NCBI GenBank assembly: GCA_038231435.1
Contig: JBBRLJ010000007.1
Span: 61,139-125,138, forward strand
Direction: 5' to 3'
From: Planctomycetota bacterium
Lineage (GTDB): Bacteria > Planctomycetota > UBA11346
Length of the DNA: 64,000 nucleotides
The translations under genes and the position numbers were made by a program. A model generated the notes under the pieces. The model worked only from the letters and a program-made list of their open reading frames with translations. It had not been told where the DNA came from and searched no databases. How positions within the stretch are numbered: position 1 is the stretch's first letter; each line of letters begins with the position of its first letter. Below are positions 40,151-48,146 of the stretch, piece after piece.

Positions 40151-42520
40151 GTGGAGTTCCGTGGACGCGCCCGGGCTGGACGTAGACTTGTCACCGTGGC
40201 ATCCACCAGAGTCGATACCGCGGTGCCGTCACCGGAGGACCTGCGCGCCTATAGCGAAGGGCATCTGGGCACCGATCGCTTCGATGTTGTCGACCGCTGG
40301 ATCGCCGCCCAGGATCCCGAGACCCAGGAACGCATCCTCGGAGCGGGCGATTCCGCCGGTTCGTTCTCGGCGGCGGCCGAGCTCGTGCCCACCACCGGCT
40401 CGACGCCGTTCGCTCCGGACATCGGCACTGGGGGGCGCTTCACCAAAGACGCTCCCATCGGCGCGGGCGGCATGGGCATCGTCGATCTACTGAAGGATCG
40501 CGTGCTCGGCCGCGACATCGTGGTCAAGCGCTGCCGGCCGCGCCGTCCCGACGAATCGATCGCCGCCTATTCGCGCCGCCAGCAGCTCTTCAAACGCGAA
40601 GCCCAGCTCACCGCGCAGCTCGAGCATCCGGGCATCGTGCCGGTGCACGACGTTGGCGAAGGTCCGCTCGGAGAGCCGGCATTCACCATGAAGCGGCTCG
40701 ATGGCGAGCCGCTGAGCGCGATCATCTCGCGTCGGCGCGCCGGCGAGGCCATCGACGTGCCGCGGCTGGTCGAGGTGATCCTGCGCGTGGCCGATGCGGT
40801 TGGTTACGCGCACAGCCGAGGCATCGTGCATCGCGATATCAAGCCCGACAACATCATCGTCGGCGCACTCGGCGCCGTGTACGTGATCGATTGGGGCCTC
40901 GCCGGCACGGTCGGCGCCGTGCCCACCATCGAGCCGGGAGCGAGCCCGAGCACCACGCTCACCGGCTCGGGCATGGGCACGCCCGCATGGATGGCGCCCG
41001 AGCAGTTCGGACAGGTCAAGGCGGATCCGCGCATGGACGTGTTCGCCCTCGGCGGCCTGTTGATGGCCACGCTGACCGGCAAGGGCCCACGAGATCGCGG
41101 CGTGGCCCCGGGTTCCCACCAGGTGAACCTCAAGCCACTCGACGCGCGCCTGCCGCGCGGGCTGGTGGCGGTCGCGCGGCGCTGCCTCGAGATGAATGCC
41201 GTGGCGCGCTACGCCGACGCCTCGGCGGTCGCAGACGATCTGCGCCAATGGCTCGCGGCGGGCCTGACCTCCGCCGAGAACCCCAGCCTGCTGATGCGCG
41301 TCTACACCCTGGCGCGGCGTTCGCGCAAGCTCAGCGCCGCGGTGGTGGGTACGGTCGCGGCGGTGCTCATCTTGTCGCTCGGTGTGGTGTGGCGCGAGCG
41401 CGCGCAGGTCGCGCGCGCCCGCGCGGAGCTCGACGGCATCCTCACCGCCACCGCGCCGCCCGCAGACGTCAACCGGCTCAACGCCGCCTTGCTGCGCGTG
41501 CGCGACATCCGCGCCAGTTTCCCCAGCCTGCTGATGGCGGTGGCGGTCGACAACCGGCTGGTCGAGCAGATCGGGGCGAGCGAGCGCCAGCAGCGCCAGC
41601 AGCAACTCGACCAGGAGCTTCGCGGCTGGGCGAAGGCATTCACGGTGCGTGGCGAATGGGTGACCGAGATCCCCGACATCACCACCACCCTGCGCTCCTG
41701 CGGGCTGAAGCTCGAGCCGGATTCGCTCGGCGCCGACCGCGAGCTGCTGGCGAAGAGCCCGCTACGTGACGCGATCCTTCCCGAGCTCGCGCACTTGCTG
41801 CGCGCCTATGTCGTCGGCGACGTCCCGACGCCATTGACCGGCACCATCCCCCGTCTGATCGTCGCAGCTGCGCCGGACGCAGCGTGGCGCGGTCTGGGCG
41901 AGCTGCTCGAGGCGCCGTCGGTGGCTGCGCACGATCTCAATCTGCCGGCGATGCCGGGGGCGATCGCCGCTGCAGCGGCGACGCCAGCGACCGCGGATCT
42001 GATGCTCTCGCTGTTCGGCCCGAATGAATCGCTGATGCCGGTGGTGAACCTGCGTCTACGCGAGAACGCCGGCGCGTTCTGGCCGCATGTCATCGCGGCG
42101 CGCGCGCTGCTCGCGCAACCCGAGCTCTCGGTCGAGGAGTACCACAAGGTCGAACAGCATGCCTGGGCGGCGCTCGGCATCGAGCCTCAGAGCATCTGGC
42201 CGCATCTGCTCTTCGCCTATTTCTACCTCGCTGCCAGGGATTATCCCAACCTGCTCACCCAGGCGGTCACGGCGTGGTCGGTCAATCCCGACGACATCGA
42301 GATCGTGGTGTTGCGCGTGGTCGGCATGTCTGGCCTCGATTCGCGCGAGGACGCCCGCAAGCTGATCGAGAACGCGCATGCCGGGGCGGTGCTGCGTTTC
42401 CACCATCACTATCCGATGGGCCATCCCATCGAGCGCGCCATCGATGCGATGCTGGCGGAGGGGATCGAGATCCCCGCCGCCGACGCGGAGCTCGGCCCGC
42501 TCGTCGAGCCCAAGCGCTAG
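40151..42520 (+). CDS. Hanks-type Ser/Thr protein kinase with a TM helix and helical (TPR-like) C-terminus
   Basis: GAGGMGIV, VVK, EA...AQLEHPGIVPVHD, HRDIKPDN, DWG, GTPAWMAPE, DVFALG; start uncertain (40151 or 40196). Confidence 0.92.
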   Translation: MEFRGRARAGRRLVTVASTRVDTAVPSPEDLRAYSEGHLGTDRFDVVDRWIAAQDPETQERILGAGDSAGSFSAAAELVPTTGSTPFAPDIGTGGRFTKDAPIGAGGMGIVDLLKDRVLGRDIVVKRCRPRRPDESIAAYSRRQQLFKREAQLTAQLEHPGIVPVHDVGEGPLGEPAFTMKRLDGEPLSAIISRRRAGEAIDVPRLVEVILRVADAVGYAHSRGIVHRDIKPDNIIVGALGAVYVIDWGLAGTVGAVPTIEPGASPSTTLTGSGMGTPAWMAPEQFGQVKADPRMDVFALGGLLMATLTGKGPRDRGVAPGSHQVNLKPLDARLPRGLVAVARRCLEMNAVARYADASAVADDLRQWLAAGLTSAENPSLLMRVYTLARRSRKLSAAVVGTVAAVLILSLGVVWRERAQVARARAELDGILTATAPPADVNRLNAALLRVRDIRASFPSLLMAVAVDNRLVEQIGASERQQRQQQLDQELRGWAKAFTVRGEWVTEIPDITTTLRSCGLKLEPDSLGADRELLAKSPLRDAILPELAHLLRAYVVGDVPTPLTGTIPRLIVAAAPDAAWRGLGELLEAPSVAAHDLNLPAMPGAIAAAAATPATADLMLSLFGPNESLMPVVNLRLRENAGAFWPHVIAARALLAQPELSVEEYHKVEQHAWAALGIEPQSIWPHLLFAYFYLAARDYPNLLTQAVTAWSVNPDDIEIVVLRVVGMSGLDSREDARKLIENAHAGAVLRFHHHYPMGHPIERAIDAMLAEGIEIPAADAELGPLVEPKR

Positions 42521-42530
42521 CCGGCCCGGG

Positions 42531-43229
42531 CTAGCCGCGCAGGATGTCGAGCAGCAGTTCGCAGGCGGCAGAGGGATCAGCGTCATCGGTGATCTCGCCG
42601 GCTTGGCGCAGGCGATCGACGATGGCTTTCTGCAGGTAGGTGCGCCCGCGCGCGAGCCGGCGATGGCAGGTGGCGAGCGGGAGGTCGAGATCGGCGGCGA
42701 GGTCGCGGAGGTTGCGGCCGCGCACCAGGTGCTCGTGCAGGAGCTCGGGGATCTCGGCCTCGAGCGTGCCATCGGTCGCCCAGCCGCGCACATCCGCCCA
42801 CGCCTGAGCGAGCAGCGATTCTGCCCACGCGCGATCCATGAATGGCGTATCGGGAGATGGAGCGGCTGCGGCGCCTTCAGCCAGATCCTCGACCATGTCG
42901 GCGGCTTGGGGTTTCTCGCGGCTCTGTCGGCGCCAGCGTTCACGCAGGCGGTTGCGCGCCTCGTTCCATGCCAGCGTCATGAGCAGGTAACGGAACCGGC
43001 TGCCGACGCCGGGCTGCGCCGTGGCCATGAGCTCGGGATGCTCGAAGAGGTGGAGCAGCACTTCCTGGATGACGTCCTCGAGGTCGCTCTCGGTCGGCAG
43101 CTTCAGCCGCAGGTAGCGCGCGATCGAATCGGCGTACAGGCTCATGACCACGGTGGCTTCGGCGGGCTGCAGCGCGAGCCTGCCGATCAGGCTCCAGCGG
43201 GTTTCGGGAAAGCCGATGCGGGTCGCCAC
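42531..43229 (-). CDS. ECF-type sigma-70 factor (PVC, kinase-associated type)
   Basis: FPETRWSLI N-motif, DLEDVIQE, SRFRYLL, DRAWAESLL, region-4 HTH (LRDLAADLDLPLATCHRRLARGR). Confidence 0.82.
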   Translation of the reverse strand: MATRIGFPETRWSLIGRLALQPAEATVVMSLYADSIARYLRLKLPTESDLEDVIQEVLLHLFEHPELMATAQPGVGSRFRYLLMTLAWNEARNRLRERWRRQSREKPQAADMVEDLAEGAAAAPSPDTPFMDRAWAESLLAQAWADVRGWATDGTLEAEIPELLHEHLVRGRNLRDLAADLDLPLATCHRRLARGRTYLQKAIVDRLRQAGEITDDADPSAACELLLDILRG

Positions 43230-43269
43230 GCCTGATAGGGTGGCCGCAGCGCTCCCCGTGCAACTAGCT

Positions 43270-43509
43270 GTCAGTTGGGGGGCTGCGGCCCCCCAACATC
43301 GCGCTCCGCGCTGCCCCCCAGGAAGCAAGGAGAAGTGGGGTTTGGGAGCAGGCGCGAAGCGCGCTGCTCAAGTCGTCGCGAGGGCATGAGCGCAAGGTGA
43401 TGGCATGGACTGCGAGACCGAGCAGCGCGCCAGCGCCTGCTTCCTTCCCTCCCTGGCTCCTGGGGGCAGCACGGAGCGCGATGTTGGGGGCCGTAGTCCC
43501 CCAACTGAC
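43270..43509. repeat. Inverted pair of REP-like elements (REPIN/MITE-like)
   Basis: 43270-43335 is the reverse complement of a near-copy at 43440-43509, with a ~105-bp spacer. Confidence 0.85.
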
Positions 43510-43551
43510 TGTGGAAGGCTCGAGGGCGAGCGCGCTGCGCCGGCGGGATGC

Positions 43552-43560
43552 TGGTATAAT
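43552..43560 (+). promoter_or_regulatory. Extended -10 promoter
   Basis: Perfect TGGTATAAT (TGnTATAAT) in a GC-rich background. Confidence 0.6.
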
Positions 43561-43565
43561 GACTG

Positions 43566-43803
43566 CGTCAGCGGACCACTGGTACACAACCGTACGATGG
43601 CAAGCCTCGCCCGGCGACGGGAACAACGGGCACGCCACGGACAGAAGCCCCCTACCGGGGTAAATTTCCAGTGCGCAACGTCTGGCCCCGCTCAGGTACC
43701 GGCGGGTAGGACAATGGGGGCTCATCCCCCGATGAAGAAGCGTCGGCCTTACAGCGCACGACGTTGCAAGAGCCACCCTTACCGGGGTGGCTCTTGCGTT
43801 TGT
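43566..43803 (+). ncRNA. Candidate structured ncRNA or regulatory leader
   Basis: Bounded by the extended -10 and a 13-bp terminator hairpin; nested pairings form a rod with a central bubble. Confidence 0.4.
43766..43803 (+). terminator. Intrinsic terminator-like hairpin
   Basis: GCAAGAGCCACCC-TTACCG-GGGTGGCTCTTGC followed by GTTTGT. Confidence 0.7.
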
Positions 43804-43860
43804 CTCGCGGTCGCGAGCGCGGTGATATTGACAACCGTGGCCCCATGCGAGCGTCGGGCG

Positions 43861-45321
43861 ATGCCTCGGCCCATGAACGTGACCGTATCGTGCGGCATTG
43901 CTCCCATGTGGATGACCATGTGGACGATGGTGTGGATGACGGCGTGGGCCACGGCGTGGGCCACAGTATGCGCCGCGCCGTGCGTGGCGGCGGGCGCGCC
44001 CGAGACGCCACGGCCCGGCGAGTATCCGCGCGCCTGGCTGTCGTGGATCGACGATTCGCTCAATGGCGAGGTGGGGGACAACCGCGACGACTTTCGCTCC
44101 AACGCCTTTGTCGCGGGCTGTCGCGTGCGCTCGCTGCTGGCCTGCGTCGACTACGCCAATCTCACCGACAAACGCGGGCTGGGCGGACGTCCAGCGCGTG
44201 TGGATGTGCTCACCGCGACGCTGGGCGGCGTGTACGACCGGCGTGCGGAGAGCTGGTCCGCCGAACTCGCGGCCGGCGCCGGAGGGCGACGCTCAGGCGA
44301 TATCGGCGGCGCGCGCCTGCAGAACGGCTGGCATGCCGCGCTCGGCCTGCCACGTGTCGAGCTGCCGTATGAGCGCAGTGATGACGAGGGCGTCGCCTAT
44401 CTGCGCGGCGAATGGCTGGGCCACGCGGCTCTCACGCCGCTGCCCGGAGAAGCCGGCATCGAATTCTCCGTCGGCGCGATGGCCGGGACTGGCGGCGAAC
44501 TCGAGGGTGCGGCAGGGGCCAAGTCGCTGTGGCTCGGCGAGGACGGCGTGGCGTGGTTCGGCGTCACCCTGCGCTTCGCGGCGGGGGATCAGCCGTCGCC
44601 GACGGCGCGCGTGGTGGCCGATCACGAGACCGGCTGGTGGCTCGACGCCGGATTCTCGCTCGGCCCCTGCGCGATCGGGGCGGGAGTTGAACCGCGCACC
44701 CGCTCGGCGAGCGGGTCGCTGTCGGCGCTCATCCCGCTCGAGCCGATGACGCGGCACGCGCCCGTCTCGACGGTGGTCGGCGAATTCGGCGCCACCGTCA
44801 CCGCCTATGGATTGGTGTCGCAGGTCCGCTGGAGCGCAGCTCATCTCGAGCGCGTCCTGGGTGCGTGGATGGGACGGCGCGCGAGCTGGGTGATCGATTA
44901 CCGTTATGGCCGCGTGCCGGGATTCGCGCAGGACGATACTTCGCTGCGTTTCCGACAGCTCGGCGCAGGCCTGGATGTCGCCGCCTGGCCGGACCCGCTC
45001 GGCGCACGCGATTCGCGCTGGTTGCCGCGACCGTTCGCGGCGGTGCTCGTCGGCTGGCGACAGGAGCGTCTCCAGCACGAGGGGCCGTCCTCGGCCTGGG
45101 AGGAGGACTCGGCTCAGCGCGCCGTGCTGTGCGGATCCCTGGGCGTGCGCGTGGCGATGAGCGACGGCGATGGGGGCGAGACCTATGGCGCGTCCGCGAG
45201 CATCGATGCCTGGCGTCCGCTCGGGATGGCCACTGCGCGCTCTTCCACCGGAGGACAGCTGGATTTCCAGCGCGGGGGCGTCGGGGCCAGCCTGCGCTTC
45301 GTCTGCGCGGCGCCGTGGTGA
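43861..45321 (+). CDS. Outer-membrane beta-barrel protein with an LpxR (lipid A deacylase)-like N-terminal half
   Basis: WIDDSL..DNRDDFRSN and GARLQNGWHAALG resemble LpxR-family NDxx..DxxYT and G..xQ..WH motifs; C-terminal Trp; start 43861 or 43906. Confidence 0.5.
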   Translation: MPRPMNVTVSCGIAPMWMTMWTMVWMTAWATAWATVCAAPCVAAGAPETPRPGEYPRAWLSWIDDSLNGEVGDNRDDFRSNAFVAGCRVRSLLACVDYANLTDKRGLGGRPARVDVLTATLGGVYDRRAESWSAELAAGAGGRRSGDIGGARLQNGWHAALGLPRVELPYERSDDEGVAYLRGEWLGHAALTPLPGEAGIEFSVGAMAGTGGELEGAAGAKSLWLGEDGVAWFGVTLRFAAGDQPSPTARVVADHETGWWLDAGFSLGPCAIGAGVEPRTRSASGSLSALIPLEPMTRHAPVSTVVGEFGATVTAYGLVSQVRWSAAHLERVLGAWMGRRASWVIDYRYGRVPGFAQDDTSLRFRQLGAGLDVAAWPDPLGARDSRWLPRPFAAVLVGWRQERLQHEGPSSAWEEDSAQRAVLCGSLGVRVAMSDGDGGETYGASASIDAWRPLGMATARSSTGGQLDFQRGGVGASLRFVCAAPW

Positions 45322-45456
45322 GTTCCCGCACGGGGCTCGGGCGGCTTGTGCAAGCTTGCGGGATCGGACCGGTGCGTCGAGGTCGGGTGGCGCCTATACT
45401 CCTACCCGTCGCACCGGCTCCGGCGGACGCGATGTCCGCCCCCACACGACGGACGT

Positions 45457-45490
45457 GAGGCCACCCCACAAGGGTGGCCTCGTTTTTTTT
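45457..45490 (+). terminator. Intrinsic terminator
   Basis: GAGGCCACCC-CACAA-GGGTGGCCTC followed by G and T8. Confidence 0.85.
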
Positions 45491-45568
45491 GTCATCGGCC
45501 ACGCCAGTGCGAAGTGGTGGCTTTTTCCGCCGAGTCCCGTAAGTAGACCCTCCCATACGGAGGAATCC

Positions 45569-46348
45569 ATGCGCGCAGTCGTCATCATCCTGGTCATCGT
45601 CGCCCTGGTCGTCGGCGTCGTGATGGTCACGAAGAGCCAAGCCAACAAGGCCGAGCAGCAACGCATCCAGGCGGAGACCGACAAGAAGGCCGCCGACGAG
45701 AAGAAGGCGAAGGAAGCTTCCGATCTGGCGGACAAGCAGCGCATCGAGAAGGAGGCCGCCGACAAGAAGGCCGCCGCCGAGAAGGCCGATCGCGACGCCA
45801 AGGAAGCCAAGGAGAAGGCCGACCGCGACAACCAGGAAAAGGCCGCGCGCGAAGCCAAGGAGAAGGAGCAGTCCGCCGCCGAGGAGAAGGCCGCGAACGA
45901 CCGCAAGATCGCCGAGGCCAAGGCCAAGTTCGAGGCCGACAAGAAGAAGCAGGACGAGGACGCCGCCAAGGCCAAGCAGGAGGCAGCCGAGCGAGAAGCC
46001 CGCGAGCGCGCCGATCGCGAAGCGAAGGACAAGTCCGAAGCCGACCGCCTCGCCGCGCAGAAGGCTGCGGCCGATAAGGCCGAGAGCGACCGCCTAGTCG
46101 CCGAGAAAGCCGCCGCGGACAAAGCTGCGGCGGACAAGGCCGAGAGCGATCGCCTGGCAGCCGGGAAGGCCAAGGCCGAGGCGGATCGCCTGGCCGCCGA
46201 GAAGGCCGCGGCCGATAAGCCGGCCGAGAAACCCGTCGAGCAGCCCGTGGTGGTGACGGCCGTGGCGCCCCCGGGCGCCGTCACCTCGCCGAGCGGTGCC
46301 GTGGTGACCACGCTCACCGGCGTCCCGGTGATGTTCGGCCTGCACTGA
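45569..46348 (+). CDS. TolA-like membrane-anchored Ala/Lys/Glu-rich helical protein
   Basis: GGAGG SD; N-terminal TM helix; long EK/AA helix with DKAESDRLxAxKAAA repeats. Confidence 0.75.
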   Translation: MRAVVIILVIVALVVGVVMVTKSQANKAEQQRIQAETDKKAADEKKAKEASDLADKQRIEKEAADKKAAAEKADRDAKEAKEKADRDNQEKAAREAKEKEQSAAEEKAANDRKIAEAKAKFEADKKKQDEDAAKAKQEAAEREARERADREAKDKSEADRLAAQKAAADKAESDRLVAEKAAADKAAADKAESDRLAAGKAKAEADRLAAEKAAADKPAEKPVEQPVVVTAVAPPGAVTSPSGAVVTTLTGVPVMFGLH

Positions 46349-46370
46349 GATTCGCAGCGTGTGCGAGAGA

Positions 46371-46398
46371 CCTGAGGCCGCCGCGAGGCGGCCTCAGG
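46371..46398 (+). terminator. Hairpin, probable terminator
   Basis: CCTGAGGCCGCC-GCGA-GGCGGCCTCAGG followed by CGTTT. Confidence 0.65.
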
Positions 46399-46501
46399 CG
46401 TTTGCACGGCCCTTGGCGATGACTCGTTGCGGTGATGGTTGATGCCGAAGCCTAAGGAGCTGATCGCTGCGTGTCGAATCCTCATGCTCTAACATGGTCG
46501 G

Positions 46502-47440
46502 ATGCGCGTCGTCTGGATCCTTTTTACCGTCATCTCACTGTTATGGAGCGCCTCCTGCGCAGCGCCGCCGCGGTCGATGTCGCGGCCGGCGGGAGTCGAC
46601 ATCGTCAGGGATATCGAGTATCGCCGCATCGATCACAGCACGCTCCATCTCGATCTCTATCGGCCGGTCGGGGCGATCGGAGCCTTGCCTGCGGTGGTGT
46701 GGATCCACGGCGGCGGATGGTTCCGAGGCAAGAAGGACGACTGTCCGGTCGCGGGTTTCGCCAAGCATGGATATGTGGTGGTCGCGGTCGACTATCGTGT
46801 CACCCGCGAGGGGGCGTTCCCGGCCCCGGTGTACGACTGCAAGACGGCGGTGAGCTGGATACGTGGACACGCCGCGGAGCTCGGCATCGATCCCGAGCGT
46901 ATTGGCGCATGGGGCTCGTCCGCCGGTGGACATCTCGCAGCCGTGCTCGGCACCACCAACGGTGATCCACGCTACGAGGACGCGGCTCTTGGCACGCGTC
47001 CATCGAGCGATGTGCGCTGCGTCTGCGCGTTCTTCCCCGCCACCGACCTGATCGCGCTCGCCTCGAGCACCGATCCGCGCTACAGCCGCATCCGCACCGC
47101 GATCCCGTGGCTGCTTGGCGGACCGGTGCGCGAGCATCTGGAGCTAGCGAGGGCAGCGAGCCCGGCGGCGCTCGCCAGCGCGCATGCCGCGCCCTTCCTG
47201 CTCTTCCACGGCACAGCGGACGAGATGATCCCGCTCGAGCAGAGCCAGGCTCTCGACGAGGCGCTGCGTCATGCTGGCGTGGAATCCAGGCTGGTTGTCC
47301 TCAAGGGAGCCGGGCACGAGGACACCATCTATGCCCGGCCAGAGGTCGAGGCTGCGGTGGTCGCCTTCTTCGATCGGCATCTATGTCCGGAGCGCGTCGG
47401 CACCGCGCCGGCGCTGGAGGATGACAGCGTCGTGCCCTAG
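46502..47440 (+). CDS. Secreted alpha/beta hydrolase (esterase, HSL/BD-FAE-like)
   Basis: HGGGW, GSSAGG nucleophile elbow, HGTAD, GAGH. Confidence 0.9.
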   Translation: MRVVWILFTVISLLWSASCAAPPRSMSRPAGVDIVRDIEYRRIDHSTLHLDLYRPVGAIGALPAVVWIHGGGWFRGKKDDCPVAGFAKHGYVVVAVDYRVTREGAFPAPVYDCKTAVSWIRGHAAELGIDPERIGAWGSSAGGHLAAVLGTTNGDPRYEDAALGTRPSSDVRCVCAFFPATDLIALASSTDPRYSRIRTAIPWLLGGPVREHLELARAASPAALASAHAAPFLLFHGTADEMIPLEQSQALDEALRHAGVESRLVVLKGAGHEDTIYARPEVEAAVVAFFDRHLCPERVGTAPALEDDSVVP

Positions 47441-47479
47441 TGACCTGGCATTCTTCCTGGTCGCGCCACCGCAGCCGCC

Positions 47480-48100
47480 GTGGCGCGCCGCCATGGCGCG
47501 GGTACGGTTCCCGGCGTGCTGCGTTTCGTGCTCGCCCTGGTGTTCGCGATCGTCGTGGTGCCATTGTGCCTCGATACCCTGCTGCGCACCATCGAGCCTC
47601 GCCGGCACGTTCCCGAGGATCCGTTGTGGATGGCGACGGGGCTGATGCTCGGCGTGGTGCTGATCTTCGTGAAGCGGCCGAACTGGCTGCTGCACACCAT
47701 GATCCACGAAGCCTGCCATCTCCTGGCTTGCGTGATCCTGGGCGTGAAGGTGCACAAGGTGATGGCCAGCGATGGACGCGGTGGCGAGGTGGAGCACCAG
47801 GCGACGGGTCCGATCCGCACCGCGCTGATCGCGCTCGCGCCCTATGTCATCCCCCTGGTGCTCGGTCCGGTCCTGCTCGCCCGACATCTCGCGCCCGAGG
47901 GCCCCGTGCGCTCCGTGTTGTCGCTGCTGGCGCCCATCGCCTACGTCACCCATCTTACCGCGCTCATCCACAACGTGCGGCTGAACCTCCGCGACGCGAA
48001 GGGCGATCTGGCCAAGGTGGGGCGCCTATTCGCGCTCACCATCATCATAGGCATGTTGATGCTGGTAACCGCGCTGACGATCGCCGTGCTCTGGGACTGA
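47480..48100 (+). CDS. M50-like membrane metallopeptidase
   Basis: HEACH (HExxH) in a TM context, IALAPY, late GDL. Confidence 0.7.
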   Translation: MARRHGAGTVPGVLRFVLALVFAIVVVPLCLDTLLRTIEPRRHVPEDPLWMATGLMLGVVLIFVKRPNWLLHTMIHEACHLLACVILGVKVHKVMASDGRGGEVEHQATGPIRTALIALAPYVIPLVLGPVLLARHLAPEGPVRSVLSLLAPIAYVTHLTALIHNVRLNLRDAKGDLAKVGRLFALTIIIGMLMLVTALTIAVLWD

Positions 48101-48146
48101 TCCTGAGCGGGCCGGAAACCGAGGCGCCTCGCGGCGGCCCACGGTC

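Noticed and set aside
43598..43650. c-di-GMP-I or guanidine-I riboswitch
   Set aside because: Only partial resemblance (GGCAAGCC, ACAGAAGCCC); lacks the GACGCAAAGC and CUAGGGUUCC cores
43405..43860. N-terminal extension of the 638-aa ORF
   Set aside because: Runs through a REP copy, a promoter and a terminator with non-coding-like composition; true start more likely 43861 or 43906
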